From an uncultured archaeon (lineage in GTDB: Archaea; Thermoproteota; EX4484-205; JAAOZP01), in the NCBI GenBank assembly GCA_938045545.1, contig CALIBN010000012.1:32001-96000 (forward strand): 64,000 bases of DNA, given 5' to 3'. The notes under the pieces were generated by a model. That model did not search any database. It saw nothing but the letters and a program-made list of their open reading frames with translations, and was not told the DNA's origin. This document shows positions 1 to 9,643 of this stretch, piece by piece (position 1 is the stretch's first letter; each line of letters begins with the position of its first letter). The translations under genes and the position numbers were made by a program.

Positions 1-382
1 CAACCTCTTTGCCTTTAGCCACGCTACTTACTCTCGGATCGTTAATGAACCTGCTGGCAATAGCCTCTTCACGTTTCTTAAACTCTTCCTCTATTTCCTC
101 GATGGGCTTGTGGTGCTGCACGGCTTGCGACACGACATCATCATGCAGCGCGATTGTGACGAAGTCAACCTTAGTTTCTCTTCAGCTAAGTGCTACTTGA
201 AATAGGCCCTCAGCCAAGCTTCCAACGCTTTTAGGGTCGCTCGTATATGCATCGATGAAATAAAAAATCCACTTATTTCTCTCTCGCGCCATGACTCCAA
301 TACAGCACTCTTTCGTATTCTCCGTCCACCTTCTGGCTACATATTTTTTCGCAATTAGTCCTAACGTCTTCAATTTTTTCAC
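1..382 (-). pseudogene. Conserved hypothetical protein with in-frame TGA, partial at window edge
   Basis: Frame continues past TGA 182-184 (RETKVDFVTIALHDD...EFKKREEAIASRFINDPRV). Aligns with ORF 45803-46162 (RW..TKEC..G, Y.S.PK.V, KKRE....F.N.P.V). Confidence 0.75.
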
Positions 383-442
383 CCCAACCCCATACCCTTG
401 CCGATTTGCTCATTTCCTATATCTTCCCTCTCTGCTTCCCTT

Positions 443-1108
443 TTAATCTTCCCTCTCCTTCTTCTTTCTTTTCTCTTCATAAATTTGTTTCATAAGCTCA
501 AACTTTTCCTGATGGCTTGGCTTTTCAGATCCTATCTCCTCTAGGAATCTTAAGTGTTCCTCTTCAGGGATTCTAAAATAGTAATAGGTTCTATCATCCT
601 TATGATACTCGTGGATTTCAAGGGGATGAAAACCTAAATCTTCGAGAAGGTTCCTTATCTCCTCTAATCCCTCCTTGTACTTAGAGTCAAAACGTATCCT
701 ATTCTGAGTCCTATCATACTCCATAGCAACACCATCATCTCCCGTGAAAAAGCCCCTGAGATAGGCCCTCGCGCCCTTTAAGTCCAAGTGTTCTTTTTGC
801 ACATGGAACTCATAAGGTGACGGTCCCTTAATTCCGAGACTCCATAGGTCAAAATATATACTCCTGTCCTCTATTTCTTCAGAGTAGTGAGGGATTAGGG
901 TGGTTCATACCTGTATCCATGTGGTCTCATGATAAATTTCCTCAAATAGTTCTTCATAATGCTTGGCCACTTCTTCGTCTGCTGAGGAGAGATATACACG
1001 GTAGTGGCGGTAGTTTTCATTCATATGGAGACCACCATCCGACGCTATTAAGCCACAGAGTTCCGCTTTTTCAGGAGCAAGTATTTCTCTAATGCCCCCT
1101 TCGGATAC
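443..1108 (-). pseudogene. Free-standing double-motif LAGLIDADG endonuclease, interrupted by TGA
   Basis: Motif 1 AELCGLIASDG lies upstream of an in-frame TGA at 905-907. Motif 2 AYLRGFFTGDDG lies in ORF 443-802. No intein splice residues seen. Start approximate. Confidence 0.75.
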
Positions 1109-1110
1109 CT

Positions 1111-1383
1111 CTAGATATATCTCCTGCTTAACTCAAAGAGGATTCTGTCATCTTGAATTATGGATTCCTTAAATACTCCTATAACTTCCTCCCCTGTAAG
1201 CAGCTCACGTCCTTTCTCTGTTCCTTGTACTTCATATTCTTCAAAGGTTGCAATAATGTGAGAAACATCATTTTCATCTTCTCTGCATTGAAGTTCAGCT
1301 CCCTCTTCAAATGCTCCTTCATACTCTATCTCGCCCACGAAAAACCTTTCTTTCCATTGCCCTACTCTTGTTCCACCGCCCAT
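1111..1383 (-). CDS. Small acidic hypothetical protein
   Basis: 90-aa ORF whose start overlaps the stop of the upstream TGT-like gene. Confidence 0.55.
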   Translation of the reverse strand: MGGGTRVGQWKERFFVGEIEYEGAFEEGAELQCREDENDVSHIIATFEEYEVQGTEKGRELLTGEEVIGVFKESIIQDDRILFELSRRYI

Positions 1384-2501
1384 TACTTTCTCTTCAACCT
1401 CTCTTTTTGAAAGGTCCTCTGCATATCTAACAGGTTGTGAAGGACCAGTATCCTAAAACCTGCTTCCTTATGGTTGAACATAAGATCAATAATCTCCTGA
1501 GGCATCATCCCCTTACAGACTTCACAATTGCATTCTTCAAACCTAACCTCTGAATCATTAAGCATTAATGGTATCCCGTTCCTAAAATAGAGCCCGTGCT
1601 TTGCGTCTAGAAACCATGAAAGATTACTGTAACTCAATGGTTCATATTTTAGCTTCCTACTCACTCCGTATATGATTAGCTCAAAATTAGTCCTAAGCCT
1701 TCTTGAAGCCCTCTTTAGACTCCATAGGGCGTTCTCAACGGGATTGTTGGAAAAGAAGAGCTTAGTTGACCTTCTCTAAAAAGCTCCCTCGCGGGCATGG
1801 CGAATGAAACATAACCCATTTCCATCTGCTTCCTAACTACTAAATCTATTTGCAGAGCATTAGCACCCTTAACCAGACCTATTAGAGGTATATCCAGTTT
1901 AAGGAAGTCGTTTGCAAAGGATATGAGACGGAAGGTTTGCGACCAAGATAGGAACAAGGGGTCGTCACTATAAGTATAGTTGTCCGGGATCATGGTAGCA
2001 TCGGGCCTAAGATCCTCGATTAGCTTAAGGTAATCTTTAGTGGATAGCTTATCGATGAGCTCGTCAGGCATAACCAAGGATAGAAAGATTCTTCCATTGA
2101 ACCCTAACTAATCATGTAGCCCCCTTAAAGCCTCATTCGATACCTTTTTGTGAAGTAGAATCTCTCCAAAAGAGACGAAAATCGCTGGGAATTCAATACC
2201 GTGCTTCCAGAACCAAGATCTGGAATCGGTAATATCAATTCTTGGAACAAACTCTCGAAAGCCAACTATAGTCATGGGTTTTCTACCCAGATGCGGAAGC
2301 TGAACCGGAGTCCTATCACTGGTCCTAAACGGACAGTAGGTCTTAAGCCTACAGAAGATCTTGGAGAAGTTATTCCACTATAACATATGCCTCTTTTTAC
2401 ACGAGAGCGCAAGACAACCGGCTGAGACCGTGACAAAGATCCTTAGCGAAGTAGAAACAGTTTTTACAGTCGAGCCCGCATGGCGCCCTCCTCTTCATCA
2501 T
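1383..2501 (-). pseudogene. TGT/DpdA-like (tRNA-guanine transglycosylase fold) protein with N-terminal Cys-rich domain, disrupted
   Basis: Reconstructed from ATG 2501 (MMKRRAPCGLDCKNCFYF...) through frameshifts, TAG 2108-2110 (GLHD*LGFNG), ORF 1715-2077 (IPD, IGLVKG) and ORF 1383-1664, which has the TGT-type Zn motif CNCEVC...LHNL. Confidence 0.65.
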
Positions 2502-2561
2502 CTTCCTTCTGAAATAATGCTCGTCTTGCTTTAAAAGATGAACTGTAATTCTGTGACAGGC

Positions 2562-3416
2562 TCATTTTCTCATTTTGGACACAAGGTACTTGAGAATCTT
2601 CTCTGGAATGTTAATGCCGGTGGCCTCCATGCTTCCCCTGAACTCAGGCGTAGGATTAACCTCGTTAACAACATAGCCCTCTTTAGGGCTTTCCATCACG
2701 TCGATCCCTACTATTTCTCCACCTACCGCTTTGGATGCTTTAAGCACTACTTCGGAAAGCTCGTCGGTGACCTCTGCCTTCTCGCTTTTTCCGCCTATAG
2801 CTATGTTTGTCTTCCACTGGTCTGGTGGGGAAACCCTGTATATTGCGGAAACAACCTCGTCCCCTATTACCGTGGCCCTAATATCTCGGCCAGGCTTCTC
2901 AACATACTCCTGGACGTAGAACACCTGGTAGAGCGGAAACATGTATAAACGGTCTTCAAGCACTGCTTCAGCAGTATACCTGTCCTTTATAAGGGAGATT
3001 AGTCTTCCCCAGCTTCCTATGACGGGTTTCAACACCGCCGGGTAGCCTGTCTTGCTGAAGGAGTCTAGGGCAGACTGGTAGGAGAAGGAAACTACCGTGA
3101 AAGGGGTTTTCACGTTGTTCTTAATGAGCTCAACCGTTGTGAAGAGCTTGTTGCCAGCTATCTGCAGTGTTTTGAAGGAGCTTACCGACGTTATTCCAAT
3201 CCCTTCAAGGTAGCTTGAGAAATGGAGCGATTTAAAGTAGGATACGCATCTCAGGAGGGCCGTGTCAACATCCTGGAGCTCAGGAACCCTCCTGCCGAGT
3301 GTGAATGAATACTCGTCGACGTTTAGCTTTTTGAATGGTATTGAAAGGTTTTCAGCGACTTTGAAAAGCTCCTTCTCTTCAAACCTTATCTGGTCATAAA
3401 AAATGCTTAAAGGCAA
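2562..3416 (-). CDS. lysX: LysW-amino acid ligase LysX/ArgX (RimK-like ATP-grasp)
   Basis: KPVIGSWGRL, QEYVEKPGRDIR and EVN motifs; adjacent to lysW and argG. Confidence 0.92.
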   Translation of the reverse strand: MPLSIFYDQIRFEEKELFKVAENLSIPFKKLNVDEYSFTLGRRVPELQDVDTALLRCVSYFKSLHFSSYLEGIGITSVSSFKTLQIAGNKLFTTVELIKNNVKTPFTVVSFSYQSALDSFSKTGYPAVLKPVIGSWGRLISLIKDRYTAEAVLEDRLYMFPLYQVFYVQEYVEKPGRDIRATVIGDEVVSAIYRVSPPDQWKTNIAIGGKSEKAEVTDELSEVVLKASKAVGGEIVGIDVMESPKEGYVVNEVNPTPEFRGSMEATGINIPEKILKYLVSKMRK

Positions 3417-3425
3417 TTTCTACGC

Positions 3426-3617
3426 CTACTCGCCCCAGTCTTCGCCTGAGAGCTGAATCTTCCTCGTCTTAACCGTGCCGCCGCTTATCTCTATTATCTC
3501 AAGGTCTGACCCGCACTCTGGGCAGGTCACTACTTCACCCACTATCGCGTCATCAGGGACTTCGAACACCGCTAAGCATTCCTCGCATTCCGTCTTCATG
3601 AGTGTTGAAGATTCCAC
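3426..3617 (-). CDS. lysW: Amino-group carrier protein LysW
   Basis: CxxC...CPECG Zn ribbon and C-terminal EDWGE. True start may be ATG 3599. Confidence 0.95.
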   Translation of the reverse strand: MESSTLMKTECEECLAVFEVPDDAIVGEVVTCPECGSDLEIIEISGGTVKTRKIQLSGEDWGE

Positions 3618-3635
3618 ATGTTCCTGCTTATAAAT

Positions 3636-4835
3636 TTAGCTTTTACGATAACGCACCTCGTTCGCCCTCACGGTTGAAAGACCCCAGAGCTGTATGAAAC
3701 CGTCCGCCAAGGTCTGGTCGAACCTTGACAGTGACGAGTAGGTTGCTCTCTTCTCATCGTAGAGCGATTTCGCAGAGCGTCTCCCAACGATTAACGCCTC
3801 ACCTTTAAACAGTTTAACCCTAACCTCGCCATCAACATTCTCCTGCGTGAAGTCTATGAATGCTTCAATAGCCCTTCTTAAAGGCTCGAACCACAGCCCT
3901 GAGTAGACGAGCCAAGCCCATGTCGCTTCAAGCCTCCTCTTCTCCTCCAGCTCAAGCCTTGTTAACACGAGTTTCTCAAGATCCTGATGCGCCCTTATTA
4001 TGGTTAACGCTGCAGGAGCCTCATAGACTTCTCTGGACTTTATTCCAACCACGCGATCCTCCATGTGGTCTATCCTGCCGAAGCCGTGTGACCCAGCCAC
4101 CCTGTTAACCCGGAGTATTAATTCAACAGGGTCAAGCTTCTCCCCGTTCAGTCTTGTCGGAACACCCTTGTTGAACTCAAGAATCAAGTACTCCGGCTCA
4201 CCCGGGGCCTCAGATACCGGTCTGCTCCAGACGAATGCCTCCTCAGGGGGCTCAACCCACGGGTCCTCAAGCTCACCGCCCTCAATGGACCTGCTCCAAA
4301 GATTGTCGTCTATGCTGAACCTGCTTTTCCCACGGTCCATTTTAACACCCTTCTTCTCCAAGTATTCAACCTCTCCATCTCTGCTTAATCCCCATTCCCT
4401 GACGGGCGCGAGGATTCTAAGCCTAGGGTTCAGCGACCTTATTGACACTTCGAACCTAACCTGGTCGTTACCCTTCCCGGTGCAGCCGTGGGCAACTGTT
4501 GAAGCACCTTTTTTCTCAGCCACCTCGACGATCTTTGATGCTATCAGGGGTCTTGAAAGAGAAGTGCCCATTGGATAAACACCCTCGTATAGGCCGTTAG
4601 CCTTAATAGCTCTTAAAACATATTGTTCAACAAACTCTCTCCTAGCGTCTATTTTAACAACCTCTGCTGCGCCAAGCCTCTCAGCCCTTTCAACAGCGGC
4701 CTCAAAATCCTCTTTCTGGCCGACGTCGACGAGGACGGCGATAACATCCATGCCGTATTTCTCCCCTATCCAAGGTATCATGACTGAAGTGTCTAAACCT
4801 CCTGAATACGCCAGCACGCATGTCTCTTTCAACAC
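3636..4835 (-). CDS. argG: Argininosuccinate synthase
   Basis: AYSGGLDTS, HGCTGKGNDQVRFE and GIKSREVYEAP motifs. Confidence 0.97.
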   Translation of the reverse strand: MLKETCVLAYSGGLDTSVMIPWIGEKYGMDVIAVLVDVGQKEDFEAAVERAERLGAAEVVKIDARREFVEQYVLRAIKANGLYEGVYPMGTSLSRPLIASKIVEVAEKKGASTVAHGCTGKGNDQVRFEVSIRSLNPRLRILAPVREWGLSRDGEVEYLEKKGVKMDRGKSRFSIDDNLWSRSIEGGELEDPWVEPPEEAFVWSRPVSEAPGEPEYLILEFNKGVPTRLNGEKLDPVELILRVNRVAGSHGFGRIDHMEDRVVGIKSREVYEAPAALTIIRAHQDLEKLVLTRLELEEKRRLEATWAWLVYSGLWFEPLRRAIEAFIDFTQENVDGEVRVKLFKGEALIVGRRSAKSLYDEKRATYSSLSRFDQTLADGFIQLWGLSTVRANEVRYRKS

Positions 4836-4895
4836 GAACCACTGTTTTCCGGCTGCAAAAAAATCTTTTTAAGAGTTTCCCTACGCGTAGGAGTT

Positions 4896-6716
4896 ATGAA
4901 GAGGCTTAGGGGAGCAGTTGCAAGCAGCGCGACGATACTGCTTATAATCATGCTTGTTGCAGCTGTATACTTGCCTCTACGGGTTTCAGCCGAGCCGGAG
5001 CTAAGCATCCCGCTTTACAGGAGCCCGAGGATAGACGGGGTTGTTTCAGCAGGCGAGTATCCTGTTGAACAGCTCAGCCTACCATGGGGGAAGGCGTATA
5101 CTGTCCATAATGAAAGCTACCTGTTTTTCGCACTAGTTTTGAACAACGCTTGCAGGACGGTTGACCTCCTTTTTAACGCTGGTGTTTTAAACAGCACTGT
5201 CCTCACGGTCAGCACGACGAGATATGCTGTGAACAGGTCGGGCGTGTTAAGATACTTCTACGGGCACGGGGAGGATTGGCTTGAGGAGGCTGCGGGCAAC
5301 ATAGTCCTAAGGGTTGTTAACGGAACTGTTTCCTGGACTATTGAACTGGCCATACCGTTATCGAAGCTGGACGTTTATCCTAACACGCCTAGAACACTAG
5401 GGTTCGCCCTGATCGCCTCCGGAGTAGGGGTTAACTATTCTTGGCCTGCTGGCGCTCTTCTCAGCAACCCGTCCAGCTGGGGCGTTGCCTCCTCTCCTGA
5501 CAACTGGGCGACTAGGTGCGACGTCGCGCTTGAAGGAGTCTACCTGGATAAGAAGAGCCTCATCGCAGGCTCCAACTTGACTCTCATCCTGGTTTTAAGA
5601 AACAAGGGGGACGCGGCTATTCCGGACTATTTGATAACCATCATGCTTGACGATGCTTTGATCGCAAACAATACTGGCAGCCAGCTTGGGCTCAAAACCC
5701 CTATGGTTGAATCAGACTGGGTGCGCTTTGAGAGGATTATCTCCAACGTTACCGAGGGCAGCCACGTTGTAAAAGTATGGGTTAAAGCGCTTAACGTGTT
5801 TCACGACTCGGATGAAGATAATAATTTCGACCAGGCTAGTTTCACAGCCAGGCTTGCCAAGATAAGCGTGTTCAGCACGCCCGGTGTGACGGTTGAGCTG
5901 GATGGTGAAAGCCAGATAATAACAGATGAAAACGGGGTGGTTTTCTACACTACGTATGGCGTCAAGACCCTTAGGGCACAGGAAATACATCGTCCTACTG
6001 AAGGTGTTAGATACGTGTTCACCGGATGGAAGCAGGAAGGCTCAAAAACTTTTTCTCCACAGCTAGCATTGACTGTTGAAGGAGACCTTAAGCTGACAGC
6101 AGAGTATAGGAAGGAATACCTGGTTAACCTGAGCTTCGTTGATAAGGATAATGCTCCGCTACAACCATCATTCTACCTTTGCACGCTTCCTAACAACACT
6201 GTTTACAACGGGACTTTAAGAGGCTTCTGGGTAACAGGGGGAGACCTTAGGCTGACGATGGTTAAATACGCAGGGTTGAACGTTCTCGACGAGGCTATGA
6301 TAGTCTATGTTAATGAGCCTAAGGAGATCAGGGTTTCGTGCAATGTTGTAAGCGGATCCGTGAAAGTGGTCGACCCCTTTTCAATGCCCATAGAGGGTGC
6401 TGAGGTGAAGGTGGTCTTCACGAATAATACTCAGGCCAAGTATGTCACCGGGTCGGGCGGCACCGTTAACATAAGCAGGGTTGCCGGTGGGGAGCTGACG
6501 CTCACAGTAACCAACCTGGGATACTCGGCGACTGTTAAGGTAAGCTTCCTGACGGAGAGAGAGGTAACCATAAGGATACCCATGTCGCTGAACGTGGTTC
6601 TCATAATAATCGGAGCCTTTTTAATAGTGGTTATAATCATAGTGTTTAAAATTCTTCGCACGAGAGAAAGGCTGGCTCCGAGGAAGCCTGAAGAATACGA
6701 GTTTGAAGAACTATAG
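4896..6716 (+). CDS. Membrane-anchored extracellular protein (CBM9/DOMON-like plus CARDB-like beta domains)
   Basis: N-terminal signal/TM segment, PRIDG...EY and WTIELAIPL patterns, many NxS/T sequons, C-terminal TM and charged tail. Confidence 0.7.
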   Translation: MKRLRGAVASSATILLIIMLVAAVYLPLRVSAEPELSIPLYRSPRIDGVVSAGEYPVEQLSLPWGKAYTVHNESYLFFALVLNNACRTVDLLFNAGVLNSTVLTVSTTRYAVNRSGVLRYFYGHGEDWLEEAAGNIVLRVVNGTVSWTIELAIPLSKLDVYPNTPRTLGFALIASGVGVNYSWPAGALLSNPSSWGVASSPDNWATRCDVALEGVYLDKKSLIAGSNLTLILVLRNKGDAAIPDYLITIMLDDALIANNTGSQLGLKTPMVESDWVRFERIISNVTEGSHVVKVWVKALNVFHDSDEDNNFDQASFTARLAKISVFSTPGVTVELDGESQIITDENGVVFYTTYGVKTLRAQEIHRPTEGVRYVFTGWKQEGSKTFSPQLALTVEGDLKLTAEYRKEYLVNLSFVDKDNAPLQPSFYLCTLPNNTVYNGTLRGFWVTGGDLRLTMVKYAGLNVLDEAMIVYVNEPKEIRVSCNVVSGSVKVVDPFSMPIEGAEVKVVFTNNTQAKYVTGSGGTVNISRVAGGELTLTVTNLGYSATVKVSFLTEREVTIRIPMSLNVVLIIIGAFLIVVIIIVFKILRTRERLAPRKPEEYEFEEL

Positions 6717-6732
6717 TGTCAAGCCGCTGTCT

Positions 6733-6993
6733 TCACTCCTCCTTCAAACCATCGGAGGAGCCTAGCGTCTCTTCGAAGAACCTGCGGAGGTCTTCAAGCG
6801 GCGTCAGCTCAAGCGAGCCTTCAAGGGGAGGCTCGCCGGTAATAATCTGGCCCCCAGCTTGGTCATACGTTAGCCTAAGGGTTTCAAGGTTTTTCAGATC
6901 TGTTTCACCCGTAATAGTCAGGTATGCGAGCCTCACCAGGACCTCGGCGTCTAGAAGTATGCGAGACTGCTTACGCGGCAACCTGTTTTTCAA
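6733..6993 (-). CDS. Hypothetical protein (start uncertain, possibly frameshifted from upstream MGELENKRF...)
   Basis: Plausible 86-aa ORF filling the gap; no motif recognised. Confidence 0.35.
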   Translation of the reverse strand: MKNRLPRKQSRILLDAEVLVRLAYLTITGETDLKNLETLRLTYDQAGGQIITGEPPLEGSLELTPLEDLRRFFEETLGSSDGLKEE

Positions 6994-7168
6994 AGCTCCT
7001 GAAAACGTATAAAAATCTTTTATTCTCCAGTTCTCCCATCTCGCCTTTCAAGTATGAAGGGTTTAAAGTAGTTATTACGAGTATAAAATACGATTGCAGA
7101 GAAGTACTATTCATGTCGCGAAGAGTTATTAAGAAGAGTTTGAAAACAATAAGAGACAGCATATAAAA

Positions 7169-8680
7169 ATGAGTTTAGTTCTCACGATCGATGTCGGCAG
7201 TACTAATATGAAAGGCCTTGTTATAAATAATGATGGAAAAGTTGTTGAGAGGAGAATTCATGAGTTAACGCTTCACTTGGAAAACAGGTTTGCCGGGCAC
7301 GAGCCGAAAGAACTTTTAGAGTCTTTCACCTACATGCTGGATTATTTTGGCAAAAAGTATGGGAGAAGCATTGAAGCAATATCAGTTACGACTTACAATC
7401 ATAGCATGCTGCTCGCAGACAAGGATGGGACACCCTTAACTAAAGTGATAACGCACCACGATACTAGGGCAGCAGAGGTTGAAAAAGAGATACTGGAAAA
7501 AGCTAATCCTTATGAACTATACGAGGAAACCGGGGCTCCTCCAATATTTGTATTCATGCCGTACAAGCTTTATTGGTTCATCAAAAAGGAACCTAGTGTT
7601 TTTAAAGAAGCCAAATATCTTTTGTTTTGCAAGGATTACTTATTATGGAAGACTGGTTTAATAACGGAGCCGTATATAGATCTTGCCACAGCCAGTGGGG
7701 GCGGGGTCGTTAACCTCAGGAAACTTAAGTACAGTGAGAAAGTGCTTAACTTACTCGGTATAGATGAAAACAGGTTTCCAAGGCTTTGCGAAGGTGGAAG
7801 AATCTTCGACACCATCCCGTCTAAAGTTTGTGGAGAATACGGGTTTAATCCGGATGTGAAAATCGTCTTTGCAACGTTTGACGGCGCAGCACAGAATTTC
7901 GGCCTAGGCTTAACTGAAAAAGGCACTGTTTTAAACATCGGGAGCACTGGCGTTATTAGAAAGCTTTCTAGTAAAGTGGTTCTAGACAAGAGTTTGGAAA
8001 TGCGGCTCTTTACTTATTATGCGGCAAATGGGCTCTACGCCGTGGGAGGCGCTTCGAATAGTGGCGGAGACTGTTTAAGATGGTTCAGAGACAATTTCGG
8101 TCAGATGGAAACTCTAATCGGCAGCAGCATTGGCAAAGACCCTTACAGTATTCTCGACTTAGAAGCAGAAAAAGCATTTCCCGGTTCAGAGGGCCTTATC
8201 TTTCTACCTTTTCTCACTGGTGAAAGGTTTCCCTATAGAGACCCAAATTTAACAGGTGCTTTCCTCGGCATCTCCAGAAGATGCAGTAGAGCTCATTTTA
8301 TAAGGGCGATAATGGAGGGAGTAGGGTATGTCATTAGAGCGATCGCCGATGCGCTTTCGGAAAACTCGATATGCCTAGATGAAGTATACTTGGTGGGGGG
8401 AGGTTCAAAATCTAAATTGTGGGCGCAAATCCTTTCAGATGTTCTCGGTTGCGAGATTAACGTTGTAGCGACAGGCGAAGACGCTACCAATTACGGTGCA
8501 GCAGCATTAGCCTTTAACGCTTTAACTCTCTCCAGCATAGAGGAGTTTTCAAATAAATGGGTTAAAGTTAGGGAAAAAGTTGTGCCCATAGAGAAGAATA
8601 GAATTGTTTATGAAGAAAACTATGCTACTTTCCTTAAACTAGTTAAGCTGTTGAGAAGCGTTGGAAGAAAAGACTCTTGA
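7169..8680 (+). CDS. FGGY-family carbohydrate kinase (gluconokinase/xylulokinase-like)
   Basis: IDVGSTNMK, FLPFLTGERFP, RAIMEGV and GGGSKS motifs. Confidence 0.9.
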   Translation: MSLVLTIDVGSTNMKGLVINNDGKVVERRIHELTLHLENRFAGHEPKELLESFTYMLDYFGKKYGRSIEAISVTTYNHSMLLADKDGTPLTKVITHHDTRAAEVEKEILEKANPYELYEETGAPPIFVFMPYKLYWFIKKEPSVFKEAKYLLFCKDYLLWKTGLITEPYIDLATASGGGVVNLRKLKYSEKVLNLLGIDENRFPRLCEGGRIFDTIPSKVCGEYGFNPDVKIVFATFDGAAQNFGLGLTEKGTVLNIGSTGVIRKLSSKVVLDKSLEMRLFTYYAANGLYAVGGASNSGGDCLRWFRDNFGQMETLIGSSIGKDPYSILDLEAEKAFPGSEGLIFLPFLTGERFPYRDPNLTGAFLGISRRCSRAHFIRAIMEGVGYVIRAIADALSENSICLDEVYLVGGGSKSKLWAQILSDVLGCEINVVATGEDATNYGAAALAFNALTLSSIEEFSNKWVKVREKVVPIEKNRIVYEENYATFLKLVKLLRSVGRKDS

Positions 8681-8734
8681 AAAATAAAGATAAAACTTAT
8701 ATAGTTTAGATTTTTACTTGGTAAGGGCATAATC

Positions 8735-9643
8735 ATGCATCCTGAGGGCATTGTTACAGCGATAATAACTCCACTTAAAGATGGTGTTGAAGTCGACGAA
8801 GATGGGGTCTCCTCACTAATAAACTTTCTGATTGAGAAAGGGGTTAAAGGCTTTTTTGTCCTTGGGACTTACGGTGAAGGAATACTCGTAAGCAAAGATG
8901 AACGTGAAAGAATGCTTGAAAAAGTAGTTGAAACCGTTCCAGATAAAACCAGCGTGATTGCTCACGTTGGCGCGACAGACGTAAAGACTGCTCTTGAGCT
9001 GGCGAAGCATGCGGCAAACCTGGGAATCGGAGCAATCAGTTCCGTAGGCCCAATCTATCATAAACCAGGCAAGGAGGGGTTGATTTCATACTACAGCTAT
9101 CTTTCAAAGGCTGGCGCTCCATTAATGGTGTACAACAATAAGGGTAGACAGGGATATAATATTTCGCCGAACGATTTTGAATCTATAGTTAGAGAGGTCC
9201 CAAGTGTAATAGGTATAAAGGATACGAGTTACGATGTTGAACAGCTTCAAAATTACATTGATACGTTTGGGAAGACTCATTATGTCGCAGGAGCCGGGGA
9301 CTCGCTAATAGCGGTGACCTTTTTAATTGGAGCTAAAGCCCATGTTTGCGGTATAGCCAACGCGTTTCCAGAAATTCCTTTATCGATTTACTCCGCCGTG
9401 AAAAACGGGGATGTTAAAAAAGCTTTCGAGCTTCAAGGCGTTGTAAACAGAATTAGGAGAGAATTAAGTAAATTTGGGGTTGAAACCCAGGTTGTCCTAA
9501 GGGAAATACTTAGGCTCAGGGGGGTTGACGTCGGTTCGTCACCAATACAGTTGAGGAGGCTCACCGAGGAGGAAAAGTTAGAGGTTAAAAGGTTCTCCGA
9601 GCCTTATATCGAATATGCGGAAAGCTTAGGGTTAGAAAGATGA
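8735..9643 (+). CDS. DHDPS/NAL-family aldolase (KDG-aldolase-like)
   Basis: GTYGEG, YN and GIKDTS Schiff-base Lys motifs. Confidence 0.88.
   Translation: MHPEGIVTAIITPLKDGVEVDEDGVSSLINFLIEKGVKGFFVLGTYGEGILVSKDERERMLEKVVETVPDKTSVIAHVGATDVKTALELAKHAANLGIGAISSVGPIYHKPGKEGLISYYSYLSKAGAPLMVYNNKGRQGYNISPNDFESIVREVPSVIGIKDTSYDVEQLQNYIDTFGKTHYVAGAGDSLIAVTFLIGAKAHVCGIANAFPEIPLSIYSAVKNGDVKKAFELQGVVNRIRRELSKFGVETQVVLREILRLRGVDVGSSPIQLRRLTEEEKLEVKRFSEPYIEYAESLGLER

Larger units (their letters stand above)
1..2501 (-). mobile_element. Decayed accessory cassette or integrated-element remnant (TGT-like gene, small acidic ORF, LAGLIDADG nuclease, conserved hypothetical); runs off the left edge
   Basis: Four co-oriented genes, three of them disrupted. 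The first and last genes are homologous by eye to genes inside the tRNA-Ala-flanked remnant at 45551-46660. Confidence 0.6.

Noticed and set aside
182-907. In-frame TGA codons as selenocysteine
   Set aside because: The positions are not Cys-like, the paralog at 45.8-46.2 kb has no Cys there, and the neighbouring genes are decayed.
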